DNA of 64,000 nucleotides from an uncultured Lachnospiraceae bacterium (GTDB lineage Bacteria; Bacillota; Clostridia; Lachnospirales; Lachnospiraceae): NCBI GenBank assembly GCA_944383765.1, contig CALWQT010000014.1, positions 463 to 64,462 of the forward strand, read 5' to 3'. Shown piece by piece: positions 25,465 to 31,041 of this stretch (position 1 is its first letter; each line of letters starts with the position of its first letter). The notes under the pieces were generated by a model. It saw only the letters and a program-made list of their open reading frames with translations, ran no database searches and was not told where the DNA came from. The position numbers and the translations under genes were made by a program.

Positions 25465-25493
25465 ATTATAGCATATGTAGAATGGATTTACAA
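25465..25493 (-). promoter_or_regulatory. promoter TTGTAA-17-TATAAT with TGc extended -10 (antitoxin sRNA)
   Basis: Minus strand TTGTAA 25493-25488, 17-bp spacer, TGCTATAAT 25473-25465. Shares ATGCTATAATGCCA with the toxin promoter. Confidence 0.55.
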
Positions 25494-25579
25494 GATACCT
25501 GGAATTTTTCTGGTCTGATATTTGCCAGACCTTTCTATATTATCAATATATCATATTAAATAAATGCGGAGGAAAATTT

Positions 25580-26395
25580 ATGGATATTATAAAGCAGTAT
25601 CTGACTATCAGCAACTATAACCGTCCGGGAACCCGCCGGGACCGGACCACGGCAGTAGCCTGTCATTATATTGGAAATCCCGGTACCAGTGCTCAGGCGA
25701 ATCGGAATTATTTTGAAAATCTGAAAGATACCCATACCACAAAAGCCAGCTGTCACTATATCATAGGCCTGAAAGGGGAGGTGCTGCAGCTGATTCCGGA
25801 AGAGGAAGTAAGCTGGACTACCAATCAGGCCAACAGCTATACAATTTCCATCGAAGCCTGTCATCCGGATTCTACAGGAAAGTTTACAGAAGAAACCTAC
25901 CGGTCTTATGTGGCTCTGGCAGCGGATATCTGCAAAAGATGGAAGCTGGACCCGCAGAACGGCGGACTGATCCGTCATTATGATGTTACCGGAAAGGGTT
26001 GCCCTAAGTGGTGGGTGGATCACCCGGAGGATTGGGAGCAGTTTAAGAAAGACGTGGCAGCGGCCATGAACCCCATTAAATCCGGCTGGTACCAGGAAGA
26101 CGGAGGCTGGCGCTTTTACCTGGGAAATACAGGAATCTATGTAAAAAACGACTGGTATAAAGATGCAGGGAAATGGTACTGGTTCCGTGGTGATGGTTTG
26201 ATGGTATCAAACGTGTGGTATCAGTACAAAGGAGACTGGTATTATCTGGGAGCTGACGGGGCCATGTGTACCGGCCTGAAAGACATCAACGGAAAATGGT
26301 ATTACCTGGACGATGATGGGAAAATGGCTACGGATCCGGTGATTCTCACACCGGACCAGGACGGCGCATTGCAGTATCCCGGACTGGCAAAATAA
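25580..26395 (+). CDS. endolysin: N-acetylmuramoyl-L-alanine amidase (Amidase_2/PGRP) + cell-wall-binding repeats
   Basis: 271 aa. N-terminal amidase_2-like region (...AVACHYIGNPG...SCHYIIG...). C-terminal GW/YY repeats (GWYQEDGGWRFY, GKWYWFRGDG, GDWYYLGADG, GKWYYLDDDG). Confidence 0.9.
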   Translation: MDIIKQYLTISNYNRPGTRRDRTTAVACHYIGNPGTSAQANRNYFENLKDTHTTKASCHYIIGLKGEVLQLIPEEEVSWTTNQANSYTISIEACHPDSTGKFTEETYRSYVALAADICKRWKLDPQNGGLIRHYDVTGKGCPKWWVDHPEDWEQFKKDVAAAMNPIKSGWYQEDGGWRFYLGNTGIYVKNDWYKDAGKWYWFRGDGLMVSNVWYQYKGDWYYLGADGAMCTGLKDINGKWYYLDDDGKMATDPVILTPDQDGALQYPGLAK

Positions 26396-26424
26396 TGGTC
26401 CATCATACCCGATAGGTTTCTGCA

Positions 26425-26523
26425 ATTGGGTCCACCGTATTGACTCATGATAAACTGAGCAATTTTAGGATCTGGATTTTTGATTTTTACCGGATACTGC
26501 AGTCTTTTTTCATAAACCCACAT
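26425..26523 (-). pseudogene. cotJC: cotJC (manganese-catalase-family spore coat protein), N-terminal about 33 codons only, interrupted by the prophage
   Basis: MWVYEKRLQYPVKIKNPDPKIAQFIMSQYGGPN matches the conserved CotJC N-terminus (MW[VI]YEKKLQYPV...QYGGP[DN]GE...). After N33 the frame runs into phage DNA (CRNLSGMMDHYF...). TGATG overlap with cotJB. Confidence 0.65.
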
Positions 26524-26843
26524 CAGTCATTACCTCCTTCCCAAGGCCACGGACCTTTTACCCAGGTCCAGCTTGTAGTAGAATTTTCCTGGTCTTTCAT
26601 AAGAGGACCATATTGATCTATATATGCATTCATAGCCTGGTTTCGGAGACTTTTCACATACTGATAATAATTCAGAGCGTCTCTGTCCATAGGGTGAGTA
26701 TCCAGATACAGAGTAACGTCGTCTAGAGCAAAGCTGGATTGATCAAGAGCCTGAAGAATCTGTGAGGCATCTGATACCGGAGCGCCATTGGCTGAAATTC
26801 CCATGGCAGCCATGTTTCTATTCATATAATTCATGATTGACAC
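26523..26843 (-). CDS. cotJB: spore coat protein CotJB
   Basis: 106 aa. ...FALDDVTLYLDTHPMDRDALNYYQYV...QYGPL is the CotJB signature; between cotJA and cotJC. Confidence 0.8.
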   Translation of the reverse strand: MSIMNYMNRNMAAMGISANGAPVSDASQILQALDQSSFALDDVTLYLDTHPMDRDALNYYQYVKSLRNQAMNAYIDQYGPLMKDQENSTTSWTWVKGPWPWEGGND

Positions 26844-27055
26844 CTCCCCATTTCAAATGGAAGATCTAGATCAGGGAAAATGGTTCCCCGGCTGAAGCCC
26901 ATGCCCAGATCATAAGTCTGTTGCCATTGCTGCATAGGGACATAGGCCATTCCAACGGGAAAAGACATGGAATTGAGAGGGGTTGCCTGGGACGCATTCA
27001 TAAACAGCGGCCTTACGGCAGGACCAGCAGGAATTGGTGAGATATATCGATCCAT
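26831..27055 (-). CDS. cotJA: spore coat-associated protein CotJA
   Basis: 74 aa. GMAYVPMQQWQQTYD...GTIFPDLDLPF is the CotJA signature; AAGGAG RBS. Confidence 0.8.
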   Translation of the reverse strand: MDRYISPIPAGPAVRPLFMNASQATPLNSMSFPVGMAYVPMQQWQQTYDLGMGFSRGTIFPDLDLPFEMGRCQS

Positions 27056-27191
27056 AAAGGTGCTCCTTTCCTTTCGGAAGAATTTCTAATATCAGTTTAT
27101 GAGAAGTGGGGGAAGAGGTGAACGTAAAGAGTAACCTTTTTTTTCTGTCCACATAATATATAGTACAAACACAAAATAAGGAGAATTGATT

Positions 27192-27407
27192 ATGTGGTGT
27201 AACAGATGCTGTAATTGCAATTGTAATAATAACAACAATAATAATAACAATGCGTTTCAGAGAGGCTTCAATGCAGGCTATAACGATGGCTTTAATGCAG
27301 GTTATAACAGCGGCTATAATGATGGATATCAGAAAGGCTTAGAATCCTGTTCTGAAGCAAACAATAATTGTGGAAATAATTCCTGCTGCTGCAACAAATG
27401 CTGTTAA
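27192..27407 (+). CDS. small Cys/Asn/Gly/Tyr-rich low-complexity protein (candidate spore coat component)
   Basis: AAGGAG then ATG 27192. MWCNRCCNCNCNNNNNNNNNAFQRGFNAGYNDGFNAGYNSGYNDGYQKGLESCSEANNNCGNNSCCCNKCC. Divergent from cotJA. Confidence 0.6.
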   Translation: MWCNRCCNCNCNNNNNNNNNAFQRGFNAGYNDGFNAGYNSGYNDGYQKGLESCSEANNNCGNNSCCCNKCC

Positions 27408-27414
27408 AAAAACG

Positions 27415-27438
27415 AGGGACGGCTTAAGCCGTCCCTTT
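27415..27438. terminator. bidirectional terminator between convergent genes
   Basis: AGGGACGGC-TTAA-GCCGTCCCT flanked by an A-run and TTT. Confidence 0.7.
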
Positions 27439-27482
27439 AGCAGGTGAATTCAAAGTTATAAAACGCCTGAAAAGATATCCGT

Positions 27483-28058
27483 TCAAGACTTATTGTTGTC
27501 TTGGAAAGAGGATGAATGATGATCTTCTCCATTTAATTCCTGCTTTTTGTTTCTGATCAGATGTACTCCCAGAATTATGATACAGATGGATACCAATGCC
27601 CTTAATGAAAACGTGCCTAAGGCATGAAGCATTTCATAGAGAGAATTGGGGAGATGAAGGAAATAAGCACCTATATAAAATAACTCCACCAGATAATTCC
27701 AAAGCAGTCCGACTCCGAATAAGATACAGAGAGTGGCTACTGTTTTTCTGTTTTGTTCAAGCCACTCTTTATTCAGAAATGGAAAATCTTTCCGTCGGAA
27801 CAGATAGTCGTCTTCCATAGCATAAAATTCTTCATCTGGCATGGAATTCAGATTATGCACATGAAAAAAACTATAAAACCAGATAACAGGTTGAACGAAA
27901 AGAAGAGCGGGGATATTAAAAAAACCAGTAATAGCCCAGATCAGGAAAAAAGCCCCCATCAGGCTGATGCCCTGCTTCATAAAACCCAGATACATTTCTC
28001 CGGTTCCGGGTAGAAGAGAGCAGCAGAATGTAAGAAATTTATTTTTCTTTTTTGTCAT
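27483..28058 (-). CDS. integral membrane protein, unknown function (third gene of the ECF sigma operon)
   Basis: 191 aa, several hydrophobic helices; overlaps the stop of the anti-sigma-like gene. Confidence 0.55.
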   Translation of the reverse strand: MTKKKNKFLTFCCSLLPGTGEMYLGFMKQGISLMGAFFLIWAITGFFNIPALLFVQPVIWFYSFFHVHNLNSMPDEEFYAMEDDYLFRRKDFPFLNKEWLEQNRKTVATLCILFGVGLLWNYLVELFYIGAYFLHLPNSLYEMLHALGTFSLRALVSICIIILGVHLIRNKKQELNGEDHHSSSFQDNNKS

Positions 28059-28458
28059 ATAAATTCACCTCCCATCTTGAAAAAACATGAGTAAATCGGT
28101 TTAATTGATCCGTGATTTGCTGTGCTTTCTGATATACGGAAATATTGGAAGAGGTCAGCATGGAAACCGGATTTGTCAGAATTGTACGGGAAGGAGCAGA
28201 TGCCAGGGCGAAAATGCATACAGCTGCCGCAGCCCCCACTTTGAGGGTATAGAAAAAAAGAAGTCTCTTTCCGTAAGGTTTCTTTTCGGGGACAAGGCTG
28301 TTTGTTTTATTGACACATTGTTCCATGATAGAAGCTTTCAAGTTTCCAGGTGCTGATATAAGGAAATGTTCTTCCATATAATCGGCAAAGTCTTCGGCGA
28401 GAAGATCACTGTCAGCAATCTTTTCTAAACGTTCTAATGTCAATTCATGCTTTTCCAT
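28039..28458 (-). CDS. putative anti-sigma factor (single-pass membrane protein)
   Basis: 139 aa, one TM (LLFFYTLKVGAAAAVCIFALA), immediately downstream of the ECF sigma gene. Confidence 0.5.
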   Translation of the reverse strand: MEKHELTLERLEKIADSDLLAEDFADYMEEHFLISAPGNLKASIMEQCVNKTNSLVPEKKPYGKRLLFFYTLKVGAAAAVCIFALASAPSRTILTNPVSMLTSSNISVYQKAQQITDQLNRFTHVFSRWEVNLYDKKEK

Positions 28459-28460
28459 GG

Positions 28461-28943
28461 TTATAACGTTCCCTCCTTTCCATACAGTTTCCGCAGCATA
28501 GCTTTTGCGCGGTAAAGCTGGGTCTGAAGAGTTTTCAGGTTTCGGCCGGTTTTTCCGGCAATTTCCTGTATGCTCAGTTCGTGATAAAAATAGTCAAGAG
28601 CCACGGCCCGGTATGGGGGACTCAGAGAAAGGCAGCATCGAAGCAGCTCTTCGCGGATAGCGTGATCCAGGGCAGTGTTTTCCGGAGAACGGTTATCGGC
28701 AGGGACGGTGACGAAAAAACTGTCTTCAGTGGGAACGGAGCGTCTTCCGGCACGTTTCAGATAATCAATGCATTTGTTTGTGGCAATCCGGCAAAGCCAA
28801 GCCCGCTCATTCTGACCGTCAAAGGAAGCGAGGTTTTTGTAAGCCGACAAAAAGGTATCCTGAGCCAGATCTTCTGCTTCAAAATAGTCCCCTGTAAGGC
28901 GATAACAGATAGAATAGACTAAATTTTGATATTTGTCTATCAT
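28461..28943 (-). CDS. ECF-type RNA polymerase sigma-70 family factor
   Basis: Region 2 (EDLAQDTFLSAYKNL...WLCRIATNKCIDYLR) and region 4 (LSIQEIAGKTGRNLKTLQTQLYRAKAMLRK). Start placed at MIDKYQ; upstream start uncertain. Confidence 0.8.
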   Translation of the reverse strand: MIDKYQNLVYSICYRLTGDYFEAEDLAQDTFLSAYKNLASFDGQNERAWLCRIATNKCIDYLKRAGRRSVPTEDSFFVTVPADNRSPENTALDHAIREELLRCCLSLSPPYRAVALDYFYHELSIQEIAGKTGRNLKTLQTQLYRAKAMLRKLYGKEGTL

Positions 28944-29119
28944 CTGCTCTAACTGTTCATTTGCATTTATAGTTCCCGCCCCCTTTCCGTCCTGTATATT
29001 ATAACGGGGCAATGGGGAAAAAGTCTTCAAAAAAATAAAAATCATGTGGAAATATGTTGATTTTTGAGACTGTCTTTGTATATAATGAAACAATACAAAA
29101 GCGGAGAGGAGATAGCTGC

Positions 29120-29380
29120 ATGATAAGAAAGCCCGTTGTTTTCTGGAATATGGATTCTGTTATAAAACTGACAGAGATTATAAGCAGATATCATTATGAA
29201 GCGGAATTACTATGTGGCGAAGTAGCTGTGAATGCCAGGTCTCTGTTGGATGTGGTTGCCGTTCACAAATTTCAAACAGTTGAATTGTGTATTTACAGTG
29301 ATTCCTGTGAAGATCTTCTGAAGGAACTGGATTTGTATATGGAACGTTACAGACTGGAAAAGCAGCCGATGATCTGTTAG
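29120..29380 (+). CDS. HPr-fold-like small protein lacking the phospho-histidine motif
   Basis: GGAGAGGAG then ATG 29120. ...AVNARSLLDVVAV...VELCIYSDSCEDLLKEL resembles the HPr C-half, but the G-[IL]-H-A-R-P site is replaced (NMDSVIK). Confidence 0.45.
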   Translation: MIRKPVVFWNMDSVIKLTEIISRYHYEAELLCGEVAVNARSLLDVVAVHKFQTVELCIYSDSCEDLLKELDLYMERYRLEKQPMIC

Positions 29381-29429
29381 GTGGATTACTAATTAGAAAA
29401 GACTGGTGGCTGTGGAAGAGAAAACCGTC

Positions 29430-29458
29430 TTGAAAAACAAAAAGAACTGTTGTATAAT
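29430..29458 (+). promoter_or_regulatory. consensus promoter TTGAAA-17-TATAAT for the structured RNA
   Basis: TTGAAA 29430-29435, 17-bp spacer, TATAAT 29453-29458. Confidence 0.65.
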
Positions 29459-29465
29459 GAATTAC

Positions 29466-29701
29466 AGTAAAAAACAAAGCTTGTGATTCCTGGGGTGTTC
29501 GACCCTCTTACCTATTTTGAACCTACAGTATGACATAAGGGATTCCAATATTTTTAAATCGATGTCAGGCCTCCAAAGAGTGGAAGACAGAAGTTTAAGT
29601 GAGGTTGCCCACCTAGCAATGCTAGGAGTCAAACAGTAAGAGACGGCATTTCGGGATCACGAAAGAGAAAAGCAGCGAGTAATCGCTGCTTTATCTTTTT
29701 T
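29466..29701 (+). ncRNA. ssrS: structured sRNA, 6S RNA-like, with its own terminator
   Basis: No ORF. The 5' GCTTGTGATTCC (29479-29490) pairs with GGGATCACGAAAG (29653-29665), and CTCTTAC (29505-29511) pairs with GTAAGAG (29636-29642). This encloses about 190 nt with an internal bubble containing ATTTTGAACC and a 3'-side hairpin CCTAGC-AAT-GCTAGG. Terminator AGCAGCGA-GTAA-TCGCTGCT + T-run 29671-29701. Confidence 0.5.
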
Positions 29702-29754
29702 GTAAAATATGTTAAACTGAAAAAAAGACAGCAAAACGGGGAGCGGTAAGATAT

Positions 29755-31041
29755 ATGAGAAACAGAAGGTTTTCCACTTACATTTATTGGGGCATCACGG
29801 CATTACTGGTTATCGGAGTCTGTGTTCTGCTGGTATTTGCCATGATCCATATGGACAAGATTAAACAGGGAGGAAAAATCCTGACCGGCATTTTGATGCC
29901 GATTATATATGGAGCCGTATTGGCATATTTGCTGGCTCCTCTCTATAATCGTACCAGAAAAGCAACGGAAAGGATTTTAGAAAAGTTTATCCATGCCAAG
30001 AAAACACAGAGCAGGGCAGGAAAGGCAGTAGCTACCGTTGTCAGCCTGGCAGCATTATTTGCAGTTGTGATCGGTCTGCTTTCTATTCTCATTCCACAGC
30101 TGGTAGACAGTGTGCAGACACTTTTAGCATCATTGCCTACCAGTCTTAATAATCTGGAAAACTGGCTTCGTGAAGTACTGGCAGATAATCCTGAACTTTC
30201 CGATTCGGCGACGGAATGGTTCAGTGAACTTATCCTGCTGCTGGAAAGCTGGGTAAATGCCAATATTATGCCGGATCTGGCAAATCTCAATGAAAACATT
30301 CAGAATATCATTCCGAATGTGGGGGCCGTGGTGTCAAGGATTTCCAGCGGCGTTATGGGTGTGGTCACCGTATTGAAAAATGTTCTGATCGGTGTTATCG
30401 TGATGGTATATCTTTTGAATATTAAAGATACGTTTTGTGCCCAGGCAAAGAAAGCAACCTATGGCCTGCTTCCCTTGAATCTGGCTAATCGGGTGATACG
30501 GGAGATCCGGTATATCCACGAAGTATTCGGAGGCTTTATTATAGGAAAGCTGCTGGATTCTCTGATCATAGGGATTTTATGTTTTTTGTGTCTGAGCGTT
30601 ATGAATATGCCCTATGTCATGCTGGTGAGCGTGATCGTGGGTGTTACAAATGTAATTCCGTTTTTTGGGCCATTTATTGGAGCGATTCCCAGTGCTTTTT
30701 TTATCCTGCTGGTAAGTCCTATGAAATGCCTTTATTTTATTATTTTCATTTTTCTCCTGCAGCAGTTTGACGGTAATATTCTGGGACCAAAGATTCTTGG
30801 AAACTCCACGGGAATTTCCAGTTTCTGGGTGTTGTTTTCGATTTTGCTGTTTGGAGGGCTGTTTGGCTTTGTTGGTATGATCATAGGAGTACCTACATTT
30901 GCAGTGCTGTACAATCTGGCGAAAGAAGGAATTGAATATTTCTTGCGAAAAAAAGAACTGTCCTGTAATACTCAAGATTATGATGGACTAGATTATATAG
31001 AGAAGGAACAGAAAACATACATTAGAAAGCAAGAGGAATAG
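29755..31041 (+). CDS. AI-2E family transporter (PerM/UPF0118)
   Basis: 428 aa polytopic membrane protein with the family-typical C-terminal block ...VTNVIPFFGPFIGAIP... Confidence 0.85.
   Translation: MRNRRFSTYIYWGITALLVIGVCVLLVFAMIHMDKIKQGGKILTGILMPIIYGAVLAYLLAPLYNRTRKATERILEKFIHAKKTQSRAGKAVATVVSLAALFAVVIGLLSILIPQLVDSVQTLLASLPTSLNNLENWLREVLADNPELSDSATEWFSELILLLESWVNANIMPDLANLNENIQNIIPNVGAVVSRISSGVMGVVTVLKNVLIGVIVMVYLLNIKDTFCAQAKKATYGLLPLNLANRVIREIRYIHEVFGGFIIGKLLDSLIIGILCFLCLSVMNMPYVMLVSVIVGVTNVIPFFGPFIGAIPSAFFILLVSPMKCLYFIIFIFLLQQFDGNILGPKILGNSTGISSFWVLFSILLFGGLFGFVGMIIGVPTFAVLYNLAKEGIEYFLRKKELSCNTQDYDGLDYIEKEQKTYIRKQEE

Larger units (their letters stand above)
1..26425. mobile_element. 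Prophage, late-gene arm of a temperate myovirus; the other end lies outside the window
   Basis: Unbroken same-strand series of phage late genes from regulator/terminase to holin/endolysin. It ends about 30 bp after the endolysin stop, where a host cotJC frame on the minus strand stops resembling CotJC. Confidence 0.85.

Noticed and set aside
26302-26424. C-terminal 40 residues of the 73-aa minus-strand ORF
   Set aside because: They are read-through of the truncated cotJC frame into the prophage end and the antisense strand of the endolysin gene. They do not resemble CotJC.
27222-27252. AAT/AAC-rich tract considered as a possible repeat array or CRISPR-like element
   Set aside because: It is simply the coding sequence of an Asn9 run within a short ORF. 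It has no spacer-repeat periodicity, and no CRISPR array was seen anywhere in the window.
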